A DNA stretch of 63,057 bases, the filler included, from Trichomonas gallinae (taxonomy: Eukaryota): NCBI GenBank assembly GCA_008369845.1. It is 13 parts of 13 records of this genome, joined end to end, with 100 filler letters (N's around TTAATTAATTAA, not from the genome) between each part and the next. Parts side by side here need not be neighbours in the genome. Positions count along the whole stretch, not along the records: positions 31,755 to 49,618 come from MRSU01000733.1; positions 49,719 to 55,364 come from MRSU01000734.1; positions 55,465 to 58,441 come from MRSU01000735.1; 10 more parts are not named here. The stretch is one strand, 5' to 3'. The position numbers and the translations under genes were made by a program. Shown here piece by piece: positions 44,169 through 55,982 of the stretch. Below the pieces are notes generated by a model that worked only from the letters and a program-made list of their open reading frames with translations, did not search any database and was not told the origin of the DNA. The number at the start of each line of letters is the position of its first letter. Within the stretch, counting starts at the first letter, position 1.

Positions 44169-45240
44169 TTATAATTCAGTATGGTGACTTTTATGAATTT
44201 TCTGCGTCAATTGAAAATTATAAAGAATTTTATATGAATAAGGTTAATTAATTTTATGGGAACTGAAAAAATTTACTGATTTTAAGCAGTTTTTCATGCA
44301 TTTTATTGTATAAAGGATAGGAATTCGATAGAAATTGATCAAATTAACATAAATTTTTCAGTTGTTTTCAGACGGTTTGAATTTTAACTGTGGTTTTGGT
44401 ATCTGTATTATATAAATATTCGAAACATCTCAGTGACCTACAATAAAATGTAAGATTCGTTACTTTTTGAAAAGAGCGTGTTTTTTAATAGATAAACAAG
44501 CTAATGTTCGCATAATCTATAACATATCTTAGCAATGGACAATTTTTCAAGGATTTCTTCTGAAAAAAATCTTTCTCTTTTGTAGTTGGGCTCCGGTAAT
44601 TAAGCATATAGTCGGCTGCTAAGCGTGGGAGCGATACATACGTTTATTGTTTATCAAATGTCGAAATGTAAATATAATTCCAACGCTTGTAGAAAAAAAA
44701 TCTTGTCGGTCATCGCATATTGTGCATTTTGATACATATATACACTGTAAATGTTGGATGTCATAAATTTTACAATTCATTACAATACGTTCAAAAAAAG
44801 CAAAAACATTAGTTATCCATGCACATTGAATCTCCAAAATCCATGCTTAGTATAGGTTAGGAGAGATAATCAGGTGTTATGCATAGGTTTTCGAATTTCA
44901 ATTTCATTTTTGTAAACTTTGATTCATCCATGTGAAACTCCAGTGCTGCAAACCGCTCTGAAAGCCACACCGATGAGTGGCAATGTTTAATTACCCATAT
45001 ATGATCAAACTGTGATAAATGCTATGTAAAAAAATTTACATGTCAAAAATAATATAAATCGATTAAATAATCCAAAATTCATCATATTTGAAAATACTAA
45101 TCAATTTTTTATCATTTTTATTGGAAACCTTAAATAAAATTTTCGAATATTTTCAAAACTTCAAAATCAGGATTATTTTAAGCGATAACATACTTAGATG
45201 ATGATTTTATGTAGTATGGAAATAGTAATAAGGCTTAAAA

Positions 45241-47225
45241 ATGACTTTTGATTTTGGTAGAAATTTTAGAAAAATCATGGATTTTGATGATAGAGGCCAC
45301 CACCACATTGTGAAGAGTGACAAATCGATAGTTATACACTTTAGCGGTGTGAAGAGTAATGAGATGCGTATTGATTACAGTGATAATCAAACAGTAAAAG
45401 CAATTACTAGAAAAGTCCATAAAAAGTATCAAATACCAACGGAACACATGGTTATTCAGTGCAATGGACTTTCAAAAACCAAAAACTACGTAATCCAGAA
45501 GGAGGATTGCAAATCGTATTTGATTTGCAATATTGTCGATTCTTTTAATATTCATCTCATTGGAGAAGAGTATTTGGATGTAATTCATCCTGACAAAGCA
45601 TATCATAAGCCTTCTTCTTCTGATTTCAAAGAATTATCAGATGAAAGTGACGCTCCTGACTTGATTGGATCAAAAAATGTAAATATGTTACATTCTTCTG
45701 ATAGTACAACAACAAATCACCGGCAAATATCAGATAATTTCAAATCAAAAGAAGATTTGTCAGATAATAAAGATACAACTAATTCACACAACAGTATCTC
45801 AGATTCTGAGGAAATTATTCCTAATTATTCAAACTATCGCAGCTCAAAATATCATAGGAAGATAAAACCTGTAAAAGATGAACCAAAAGTATGGTCATCA
45901 TTAATCTCTCCGGATACGCAGATAAATAAGGACATCTTTAGCATGAATGATAAAGATTTTCTGAAAAATTGCGAAAATCTTGACATTTTATCAAAAAACA
46001 TACCATATTATGTCATTTTCACGCAAAAAGATAAGTTCAAATATGATTTTATCCAGAAAATCCAGCAGGTTGACGAAGAAGATTACTTTGATGTTTTTGT
46101 CGAAGTTTTTGGGAGTCGCAAGTTTATTTTGAAAGATGAGCTAGAACGATACATGAAAAATCAAAGCAGCTTCAAGCCCAAGCTAGTCAAATACATGAAG
46201 TCTCTGCCCGATAAATCAGAAAGACTATATCTATTGGAGTTCTCTAAAGCATTAATTAAAAAGTCCTGCGAGAAAATAATGGAACAAAACTGTCCCACTG
46301 ATGACGTTCTTGCTACAATTATCGAGACATTGCCAGTAAAAACCAGCATGAATGATTTCAGATGCATATACATGATTCGCTAGAACAAAAACTTGATCAA
46401 CAGCAATCAAAACAAGAAGAAATATGTTGCAAATGATAAAACATTCTCAAATTTGACAAAAACGAAGAAATATTGAAGCTGTTCAAAGACAAAAATGTTT
46501 TACCAGGAAATCGATCGTATCCCGTTTTATATCTCAATTCAAAGAATTTTAGACGCAATAGCAAAAAATGTAAAAGTATTGATTTATCGATGCATCCACA
46601 GCTATCTGATAATGAATATGATATACTCCACTGTATGATCAAGAATGCACCAATTATTGCCAAGAAATATCAAAAATACCTGAAAATGGAGGAAGATAAA
46701 TCATTAGACTTGCGCGTGCTACGTTATCACAATAACACTTAGATCACAAGAGATGATATAGATAAGTTCTCGCATATAAGAATGACTTTCAACCAGTTAT
46801 ACGTTTTAGATTTAATGAGGATCGAAAGTTTGCAAGCCCATCAAATTAGTCACTGATCATTCAGACAATGGTGCTTATGAAGAAGATGAGCAAACTGATA
46901 CAGGCATGCATCAAAATAATGAAGTTGATCTCAAAGTTAATCAAGAGCCTAAAAATGAAACCAAATTTCAGCCATAAATAAGATTCAAAATGAATCTGTA
47001 GCGATTTTATCATCTGATACCAATCAAAAACAGAAGGAAACTCCATTAGTTATGCATGATGGCAATCAAAGTTATGCTGCAGATGATGATTCCTCGATAG
47101 AACTATTTTTGTTAGCATCAGATTATTCTTCAGATGAAGAAATAGATGACAATGTTCAACAAAACATGAACTGCAATGGTTTGCTTATAAATTAATCCAT
47201 GGAATGTCATATCTATGAATTATGA
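45241..47225 (+). pseudogene. Hypothetical gene with intact 5' 380 codons and decayed 3' extension
   Basis: ORF 45241-46383, then coding-like pieces in shifting frames (LEQKLDQQQSKQEE; ORF 46473-46742; ITRDDIDKF after TAG; acidic DYSSDEEIDD near 47120). Confidence 0.55.
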
Positions 47226-47461
47226 ATAAAACTTGTTTTTGCTTTATTATAATGATCTTACAATAAACTATGAATAATAAATTTACATGCTACAATTCTA
47301 TATTTCTAAACAATCAAATGATACAAATCTTTTTGAGTTATTTTCTTGATTAAAATACGAATGATTTTTCCCAATTTTGATGCTTCATGAATAATGTAAT
47401 AAGGATTTGTCGAAAAATAAATAATGAAATTTAAATGAACACGTTGAGAGAAAATCTTTAT

Positions 47462-49351
47462 TCATTTCCTGACTTTCTTCAATGCCGCTATAAGGCGGTC
47501 CAAGTCCGGATGCGTCTTCGGAGGGAAGTTCATCAATAGCTTCAATATTGTCTGTGAGAAATTCGGATTAATCTCGGCTGCCTTAGAAAGGAACTCAGCG
47601 GCAACTTGCTTGCAAATAACTGGGCAATTCGATGGGAAAACATAGTTCAGTGCCTTGAATAAAACAGAGAATGTGCTGAAAACTTCAGACTGGAGCATCT
47701 TGTAGAAAGCGTAGCATACATTTGAAACCTCTTTGCAAACATTTTCGTCACAAAACGCCAAATACAAATATTCATATAAACTGTTGAATACTTTCTGCCA
47801 GCGGTCTGCATCATCCTGGCGAATATCAGTCATAAGTGCAGATAATAAGAAGATCTCCTTGTCAATTCTATCTGGCTGGCTCTGGCTGATCTGATTTGCC
47901 ATAGCTTCAGCGATGTCGACAGTGGAAATGCTCTGGATAAGCGGATCAACGGAATATGTTTGTCCGTAGCTTTCGACTGAGTATGGCGTCGAAAGCAGTT
48001 CCATTGGGTCCGGCAACAAGAGGAGAAGCGATGCCATCTGATCTGTCGTCAATGACTTGTCTTTGGCAATAGTGCTGAGAATTAAAGCAGCAACGGATCT
48101 GTTGCCATTAGCGACGATATCTTTGATCTGCGGCAGTGCTTCTTCTGTTGATTTCGTGTAGAGGCTGACCAATTGTACATCTTTGTCCTGGTCACCTGTA
48201 GGAGGGAACAAGGATATGAGTTGTACAGCTGCTGTTCTGTCGAATCCCAGAAGTTTTGTGAGTGCTTGCGGGAGAAGACACTGCGGATCATTATTAGCGA
48301 ATTCTTCGATCTTTGACGCGTAAAATGCCGCAAGTGGCTTGGACAATTCTGTTTCTCTTGTCAAGAAGGCTGATATAACGGTGGCCTTCATGTCGTCTGG
48401 CGTATGTTCTAAAATATGATAAAGAAGAATATGATGAGTGAAAGGATCTTGACTTGGAACTGCAAATATGAAGTCAGCTAAGTCTCCAATTGGTATTGAT
48501 TCCGGTGTAAGCGTTGGAATAAAAAGATCGATTAAATAATCAATCAAACAAGAGCCAAATTCTGGTGGGAATTTAGGAGATGCTAGAGTGAGGAAGTGTA
48601 CAACCAAGTCTGCTGGATAATGACTGAGGAATTGAACAAGTTGTGTAGAATCTGATAAGCATCCAATGAATGATGCAAGAGAAGCGTCAGTAACTTCCTT
48701 AGAGAGCTCATCAACAGCATTGTCGAGTGCTTTGTGCTCTGAGTCTTCCTGAGCTGGCGTATTCGAATTACGAAGCTGAAGGAAGCCAGGACCTGACTTG
48801 ATAACTGAGGCAGACTCGAATGATATCGGTGTGAGGTCTGAAGCAGCTCCTGTTCTTTGGACTGATGTTGATCCAATAAATCTTTGGCGGTTAGGAGCTG
48901 GAGGAGGAATTTCTGGCTGTGGTTCTGGCTGTTTTGGAATTGTTGGCGGTGCAATTGTCGTGACAGTTGTTGCCTTTCCTTGTGGTTTTGGATCTGATGA
49001 AGAAATGTCGCCGATCTTGCAATGACATGGTGTTAATTTTGTAAAGTGTGTGTAAAGAATTTCAATCAGCTTAACAGCAGAGCCCTGTTTGCGTTTAATA
49101 ACTTCATCGATTAAATATTGTTGAATCGGAATTTTATGTTTTTGAAATACCGCATTTAACTGATTCCAGTTGTCTTGGCGCATTTTGGTGCTAACAAAAT
49201 TGGAATATGAGTGCATTGAAACTGTTGGGATATGATGTGCGACTATTTCTGCAACCAAAAAGCCACTCGCGAAGTCGACCCTTGGGTTACTATAAGATTG
49301 TGAAAGATCTATTGTCTGTAACCATCTAAGAACGCTTCGACTAAAAGACAT
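47462..49351 (-). CDS. CH-like domain protein (SPATA4/SPEF1-type), probably flagellar/microtubule-associated
   Basis: SRSVLRWLQTIDLS....RVDFASGFLVAEI...HSYSN..S...RQDNWNQL, Pro-rich linker, helical C-terminus; ATG 49351 downstream of AAAGTGAC. Confidence 0.82.
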   Translation of the reverse strand: MSFSRSVLRWLQTIDLSQSYSNPRVDFASGFLVAEIVAHHIPTVSMHSYSNFVSTKMRQDNWNQLNAVFQKHKIPIQQYLIDEVIKRKQGSAVKLIEILYTHFTKLTPCHCKIGDISSSDPKPQGKATTVTTIAPPTIPKQPEPQPEIPPPAPNRQRFIGSTSVQRTGAASDLTPISFESASVIKSGPGFLQLRNSNTPAQEDSEHKALDNAVDELSKEVTDASLASFIGCLSDSTQLVQFLSHYPADLVVHFLTLASPKFPPEFGSCLIDYLIDLFIPTLTPESIPIGDLADFIFAVPSQDPFTHHILLYHILEHTPDDMKATVISAFLTRETELSKPLAAFYASKIEEFANNDPQCLLPQALTKLLGFDRTAAVQLISLFPPTGDQDKDVQLVSLYTKSTEEALPQIKDIVANGNRSVAALILSTIAKDKSLTTDQMASLLLLLPDPMELLSTPYSVESYGQTYSVDPLIQSISTVDIAEAMANQISQSQPDRIDKEIFLLSALMTDIRQDDADRWQKVFNSLYEYLYLAFCDENVCKEVSNVCYAFYKMLQSEVFSTFSVLFKALNYVFPSNCPVICKQVAAEFLSKAAEINPNFSQTILKLLMNFPPKTHPDLDRLIAALKKVRK

Positions 49352-49563
49352 TAGATTTCTAACGTATTTCCGAGTTGTCACTTTCAAAGTTTTGTAAATT
49401 TTACAAAATAATCGTTTTTGGTTAAATAATGGAGTAAAAAATGTGAAATAATTAAATTTAGAAAGCAAATGTAATTGTATTAATAAATCAATTGTCAAAA
49501 TTGGAAATTTCATGTTTTTTAAATTGTGAAGTTTACATTAAAATTGAGAGAAAAATGAAAAAT

Positions 49564-49618
49564 AGCCAGTGGCGGGACTCGAACCCGCAACCCCAAGATT
49601 AAGAGTCTTATGCTCTAT
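49564..49618 (-). tRNA. tRNA-Lys(CTT), 5' end lost in gap
   Basis: Minus strand ATAGAGCATAAGACT-CTT-AATCTTGGGGTTGCGGGTTCGAGTCCCGCCACTGGCT; anticodon and T arms pair; T-run terminator follows. Confidence 0.9.
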
Positions 49619-49718
49619 NNNNNNNNNNNNNNNNNNNNNNNNNNNNNNNNNNNNNNNNNNNNTTAATTAATTAANNNNNNNNNNNNNNNNNNNNNNNNNN
49701 NNNNNNNNNNNNNNNNNN
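49619..49718. other. Artificial contig linker
   Basis: N44-TTAATTAATTAA-N44. Confidence 0.98.
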
Positions 49719-49958
49719 ACGACACTCAACTTTTAAAAAATCGTCTTTTCTAGATGTTTTTGCATCAATCATTTTTAGCAACATATGAAACTAATAAATG
49801 TTTATGAAACATCGATCATGTCGAAATACATTAAATACTTCAAAATTCTCAAAACCTCGTCTAAATTCATCGTGACAATTTTAATTCATAAAATTTAAGT
49901 TTAAATGATATATGTGTTGAAAAATGAAAATAATCATCGATGAAAATAATATTTTAAT

Positions 49959-50930
49959 TCAATGAGAACAGTTGGCGATAACAAATGAAGAAAATAAGAA
50001 TTCAATAGAATATGAATTGAGCGTGTTTGTGTGATGTTTATGTAGCAAAAAAAGATAGCTTTCATCACATTTATCAGTAGAGAAATGAGGCAGAATAAGA
50101 TCAAGATTATTTATCGTGTTAGTTCTAATATTACCTGATGTTGTTTTTCTGACAGTATTATCATCAAGAAAGCATTGATCAACAACAATTCTACCATCAT
50201 TATCATTATAAAACAAAACATCACAAGAATTTGACGAGAAAATACAAGTACTGATTTTAAGAGGATTACAATTCCAATTATATACAAGTCCCCTATCTTT
50301 TTTGTAATAGGCATTATGAATAACATTGCAGCTATAAACATATTGATTATTTTTATCATGGTACATGATGGTATGCTCATCGGATGTGTTATTAATGATT
50401 GATGAGAAATTTACTCGATGCGATGATGGATTCCAACCACATGTATAGGCAGCACTCAATTCGGTTTTTGCACAAGAAATGTTAGTGGAATCAATGAGCT
50501 GTCTTCCATCTAAAAGGTAAATACAACCAGAGTATCCTTTGCTTTTCGAAAGGGAACATTCTATAACAAAATTATTATTAGTTGCTATTACAAATGAGTG
50601 ACAACCCCATGACTTACTAACAGAGTTTATGCTGCAAACATGGTATTGGATGCAGGATCCACCTTTTATGTATATAGAACCACCTTCTTGCGTGGAATAT
50701 GAGCCATAAAAGAAAGATTTCGAAGCCAAAACAGAATCAATGGCATTGTTAGTGACTCTGATAGCTCCATTGGGGTGAATATAAATGAATATAGCTTCCA
50801 AAACATATATATTACCTGGATCACCGATTCTCGATTTTTGAGTATTATTATAAGGTGAATATGAGACATTTTTACCAACAAAATGGATCCAATCAGAATC
50901 AACTTGGTGAAGAGAGAGAAATTCGGCCAC
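49959..50930 (-). CDS. Asn/Cys-rich beta-helix-like secreted family protein; no AUG at the expected start
   Basis: 323 open codons; LSLH..W N-terminus, GGSIY, SSIINN, CNVIHN, CIFSSN, QCFLD turns; first ATG at codon 189. Confidence 0.6.
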   Translation of the reverse strand: MAEFLSLHQVDSDWIHFVGKNVSYSPYNNTQKSRIGDPGNIYVLEAIFIYIHPNGAIRVTNNAIDSVLASKSFFYGSYSTQEGGSIYIKGGSCIQYHVCSINSVSKSWGCHSFVIATNNNFVIECSLSKSKGYSGCIYLLDGRQLIDSTNISCAKTELSAAYTCGWNPSSHRVNFSSIINNTSDEHTIMYHDKNNQYVYSCNVIHNAYYKKDRGLVYNWNCNPLKISTCIFSSNSCDVLFYNDNDGRIVVDQCFLDDNTVRKTTSGNIRTNTINNLDLILPHFSTDKCDESYLFLLHKHHTNTLNSYSIEFLFSSFVIANCSH

Positions 50931-51402
50931 AAGAACTCTGTTCTAATAAAGTTCGAATCCGAAGAATTTCACTCACATTTTTGAAAAATCTGAACTTGAA
51001 ACATGCGAGGATTGTTATTACATTAATATTTTTATAATTTTAAAATTATTTATTCGTAAAGGTCCCGGGTTCGAAATATTAAATCATCATTTTTTTATCA
51101 AAAAATTCAATACTTGCGGAATCTCGTTCAAATATGTAAAAACTTATCGTGTAAGCGTAATATATTCACATTTGTAATTAAGACCTAAATAATGACGAAT
51201 TATTTTTTCACTCTATGCAATGTTGTTTCTCTCTAGGCTAACATAAAAAATTATATTAAAATTGATTATTAACAAACTCTTAGTATTTTCTGATATGACA
51301 TTGAAAAATTATTAGGGTCATCTCAAAAATTGTGATTACAAAAAATAATATGTTTTACATATAAATTTTTTAGAAATAAAAAATATTCAGAGGTTGAAAG
51401 GC

Positions 51403-52098
51403 TTAGTTAGAGCTGGAGCTTGACCTATCTCTCTTGTGGTGTGGATTGTAGCAGCAAGCGTACCATAATGAGTAAATCAAAACAAGAACCTGGACAACGA
51501 GGACAACAATGGCAGCAATCTGGATAGCCTTGTGGTACTTCTTTAATTCATCATCGATTTTAGCCTTGCATGTTGGAATTCCATCAGCAACTTCGACTGT
51601 TGTGTTATCATCTAGTGTGACATTAATGTATGTGATGTTTTCTGGCTGGTAACCGCACTTTGGCTGCATTGTGATGTTGTATGGCTTGTCGTATGAGCAG
51701 CATTCGAGTGACTTTTCGATGTCCTGAACAGATTTCTCACCAGCATGATTCTCGAACTGTTCCGCTGTGTTGTCTTTGAGCTTATCCTTGTTCTTATAAA
51801 CAATGACGACTAAGATGACTTCAGCAACAACGATGATGAAGTAGAATATGGCATATGTTGTTCTGAAGCATTTGTTTTCTCCGCAGCAGAGCATGAAGAA
51901 ACCAATGACACAAGTAAGAGCAATGAAACAGAATACAACTACCATGAATATGAATTGTTTCTCGGATCCTTCGACTTCATCCATGTTGAAATTCTTGATG
52001 TTATTCCAACTAACGAAGATAACAATACCAATGACAATGAGGATAATGAGGTTCACTAATCCTATGATTGTACGAGCCAAGCATGAGCAGCAAGACAT
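51403..52098 (-). CDS. Tetraspanin
   Basis: Three TMs, large loop with IEKSLECCSY..C..C, fourth TM, Cys clusters at both termini. Confidence 0.88.
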   Translation of the reverse strand: MSCCSCLARTIIGLVNLIILIVIGIVIFVSWNNIKNFNMDEVEGSEKQFIFMVVVFCFIALTCVIGFFMLCCGENKCFRTTYAIFYFIIVVAEVILVVIVYKNKDKLKDNTAEQFENHAGEKSVQDIEKSLECCSYDKPYNITMQPKCGYQPENITYINVTLDDNTTVEVADGIPTCKAKIDDELKKYHKAIQIAAIVVLVVQVLVLIYSLWYACCYNPHHKRDRSSSSSN

Positions 52099-52964
52099 TA
52101 TCTAAAAATGATATTTTATTTCACTATTCAATTCAAATCAAATGACCATTGAAACCAAATGATCGTATTTTTCGATAATTTAGAAATATTGCTTGTTATA
52201 ATGAGTAGATAAGTTTTAAATAAAACACGATCCTTAAATTAATTTTGAAACGGAATCTCACAAATATCGGATAAATAAAAATTGGTTCTAGTGGAAAATT
52301 TCGATCGATTTAAAGCTTTAGAATATTGCTATAATTATTTTCCTCCGATAATATCGCATTTTCCTCCCCAAATCGAATTTGTAGATTATTGCAATCATCA
52401 CAATGCAGGTATCATGTTATTCATTTGATGTCGAAAATTTATTTAACGATCCAATGAAAAGTGCCATTGAAACAAAAATGATCCTCGGATGTTTATCATG
52501 AAATCGGATATTTTCTTAAATTTTGTTAAATTATCGTAAAATTTTCTGGTGACTTTGGTCGACCTAGAACAAAGTGTCCAACACATATATCATAGAATAA
52601 TTTGAACAAATTTTGCAGCACGTTGTTTATCCACAAAAAATTCAATTATCGATAATCCAATCAAAATTTTTTTTAATCGATTTATTTTTTTTTTTTTTGG
52701 TATTGTCAAATATATAATAACCATCATACCTTAATAATAGACATTCTATCAACAATATTGTCTCTGACAGCAAATTACAATAAAGCACAAAAATTTAATC
52801 CCATCATAGTTATTTTTGGCATTATAATGAAAAAATCTATAAAGCCCATGCAATAATAAATCGAATGAATTATATTCCTCACGTCAATTCATGAGTGATG
52901 CCAAAAAGATATTCAGAATAGATTTAATAATAGAGATTTATTATTAAATCTGTTTTCTATTCTG

Positions 52965-53706
52965 TCATATATACCTCATTGTTCTGATTGACACATAATT
53001 TCTTGCAAATTTTGATTGAAATCACCGTCTTTCTTCATTTAAACTTTAATTCTCATATTTGAACAATTTCAACTCGATGATTGCTTGAAATTCTGTAATT
53101 CTTCCTTCAGTTGTTTCATGATTCTGCTCATTTGCTGAGTATATTTAGAACTAGAATTAGTAGCATGCAACATTCTTTCAATGATTCAACAAGATCATCA
53201 ATTTTGTTGATTCTTTATTATTGAAGTGATAAATTTTTACCTTATTGTAAGAAGGTATTAATTCTTATTGAAGTTTTTTGTTTCGATTGATTTATAAGTG
53301 GTTTCATTGAGTTTGCAGTGCGTTTGTCATTAGTTCTCTTATTTGATCATTCCATTGTAGTGGCAAAATTTTTTCTGTCGTGAAGTTTTTTAGATAATTT
53401 TTCGAGCACCTCTTGGAGTTGTTTTTCTAATTGTGTATACTTTTTTGTTTTCATGGCTGATTAATTGCTGAATCTCTGCATTACTTTACGTCTTATAAAT
53501 CAGGATTGTCATCAGCAACTATTTCATTTTTCAATTAATAAATTTTATTGTGTTGCTCAATGATGTCCTCTGATTTATCGCCTTAATGAATCGGCCTTTC
53601 TAAAAATAATAAATTTCAGAATAAATCAAAAAAGATTTCGTACTTCAGGTAACAATTTTTTACTCAACTCTATTCTAGTAAAACCCTATGTTGTTTCATA
53701 AGTCAT
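52965..53706 (-). pseudogene. Heavily decayed coiled-coil gene
   Basis: Intact GTCACTTTT Inr then ATG at 53706, TAG at codon 7, coiled-coil-like fragments in several frames (DIIEQHNKI; LEKQLQEVLEKL; IMKQLKEELQN). Confidence 0.45.
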
Positions 53707-53945
53707 GTCTGAAAAGTGACAATTTTCAATACTACTCATTGAATTATTCTATGAGAGTTATCAAATTTTTGGCCAAACCTGACTTTTGAAACGCGGTTTA
53801 TGTAAATAAGAAATGACTAACCTTGAAAATGTATCATTTAACCTTATTTAAAATGCCACTTTATACACTATCAAATTTGAGTGAAAAAAAAAAACTGCAG
53901 CTTTGTTTGATGTTTGCTTAATAAGTCGAAAATGTTTTCTCTTCA

Positions 53946-54509
53946 ATAATGAGTCTGTTTTCCTTGAAGCTGGGATAAATTTAAACAATCGAGCATATTT
54001 TCATGATAGTTATACTTGTCTACTATGTTTTTGATCCAGAACGAATTCTCTTGTACTTGAAATTGGAGCATTGACTTAATGAAAACTCTTTCGAAGTCTT
54101 TTGAAATATTGTATTTATCAAAGCTGTTTGCATGTAATCAATGAGTTGATGAGATCAGTCTTATCAAGATTTTAGTAGTTTTATTCGTTGAAAATACTAG
54201 TAATTCGATTGATAATTTGATAATAGAAGTATGTTGGATAATTAGTTGATTTCTTTCAACAAAAACAGCATCTAAGATTAAAGTATCACCGCTAGATTTG
54301 AAAACTCAAATTGAGGATTTTCGTTTCACATCAATATGCAGCAAGACCGATTTTTTATTGGCATTATGGAAAGAAGTCTCTGTTTTATGTATACCAATGA
54401 TTTATCTCCTGTATAGCTTGTATACATATAATATCTGCTTCAATGACAATGAGTATTGTAAAGCTTGTTTTTTTGTAGCTCTTGTTGCCGAAAGAAAAGA
54501 TCTAAACAT
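53946..54509 (-). pseudogene. Possible decayed gene
   Basis: AA-ATG at 54509, then protein-like segments separated by a few stops; no recognisable domain. Confidence 0.25.
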
Positions 54510-55171
54510 TTGAAATATAAACTTTGTCAAAACGTTTCATTATTTTATATTTCTGATTATACATGGTATAATAAGTATAAAACCATCGTCATATTTTATT
54601 AACATTACGATAGTTGGCCAATCATCGAAAAATAACCATTTAACCATATTTTTCAATATAATGAAGATGATGTTCAGCTGGAACATCAAGATTTCACATT
54701 AAAATCTATCAAACTGATAAACAACTTTTCATATCAAACACAAAACTGTATCGCTCTAAAATCATATACAATATGTAGCATTATTTTGCAAGTATTATTT
54801 TCTAAAGACATTTAAATTATTTGTAAAGTTATTCAATTTATTTGTATAATTTCAATTCAATTGTATAAATTGGTAAAAAATAGATAAAACGAGCTATAAA
54901 ATGTCATATTGTATTACTGAAATAATTGATCATAATATTATATTCAAATCCAAAAATCACTCACAATAATTCTGATGATTGAATGCAGTTTAAAGTTGAT
55001 GTCCAGATAAACTACTGCAAAGAATAATATACTGTCCAAGGTGGATAATTATCTCACTTCATTTCCTTTATTCTTTGAATCAATCAATAAACGTCATCAA
55101 ATAGTAAATAACATTGTTCAATGAATCTATATATGCCAAGATAATTTGATTTGTGAATAATTCATTTTCAT

Positions 55172-55364
55172 ATGTTTTTCCTGATTCTTCATTCTCTGCT
55201 TCTCCTTAAGAGATGTGCACATGACGATTTAATGAAATCAAAGCCGGTAAATACTATAAAAGTGGATCCTAATAACCAACTTCCAGTTCAAGTATATGGA
55301 GATGAATGGAAAAATATCAGAATTCAAATGGACTATCGATTCTTTTATGAATCATCATCAGACA
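55172..55364 (+). CDS. GP63-like metallopeptidase, N-terminal fragment
   Basis: TCATTTT Inr; MFFLILHSLLLL signal, CAHDD, WKNIRIQMDYRF matching CDHD...WKNMRVHIDYRY of the 20146 gene. Confidence 0.78.
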
Positions 55365-55464
55365 NNNNNNNNNNNNNNNNNNNNNNNNNNNNNNNNNNNN
55401 NNNNNNNNTTAATTAATTAANNNNNNNNNNNNNNNNNNNNNNNNNNNNNNNNNNNNNNNNNNNN
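55365..55464. other. Artificial contig linker
   Basis: N44-TTAATTAATTAA-N44. Confidence 0.98.
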
Positions 55465-55469
55465 AAAAT

Positions 55470-55543
55470 CTCCTCCCGTGTGGATCGAACACACGACTTC
55501 CAGATTAACAGTCTGACACTCTAACCAACTGAGTTAGGGAGGA
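55470..55543 (-). tRNA. tRNA-Asn(GTT)
   Basis: TCCTCCC/GGGAGGA acceptor stem, D arm ACTCAGTTGGTTAGAGT, anticodon CAGACT-GTT-AATCTG, T arm GTGTGTTCGATCCACAC, discriminator G, then ATTTT. Confidence 0.96.
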
Positions 55544-55982
55544 ACTACATTAATCGTCTATGTTATGTGTATAGCATAGCAATAATTCCTTATCCTTATT
55601 AATAATCCAAAATTACTCCACTACATTCTCTCTATTTTTTAAAGTTCTTATTCCATATTTAACACTTACAAAGCGATTGGCTCCATCTTAATTTTGTATT
55701 AATCGCGATCGTCAGTTTACCACAATTATTGAATGCTGTCAAATAATTCTTAGTTGAACTGTTTTAATTTCTTGTGTCACCTTTCTATTTTAATTTCTTT
55801 TTATATTTCAGTATAATTCTTTATTCTAATGTCTTTCCTATAAATTTTAATTGTTTTGAAAATGATCGATCACAAATCATGAAATTTTATCGATAAATAC
55901 TCGCATTTGTATATATTTGATTCACGATTTTCGCGAATTTTTTGTGAAATTTTTTGTTATAAAGTCATTATTACTCAAAATC

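Noticed and set aside
51059..51077. tRNA-like AAGGTCCCGGGTTCGAAA
   Set aside because: B-box-like half only; no 3' T-stem, anticodon arm or acceptor stem
53600..53643. 44-nt GTACGA...TTTTTAG intron candidate (minus strand)
   Set aside because: No CTAAC branch motif, and removal does not restore a long ORF
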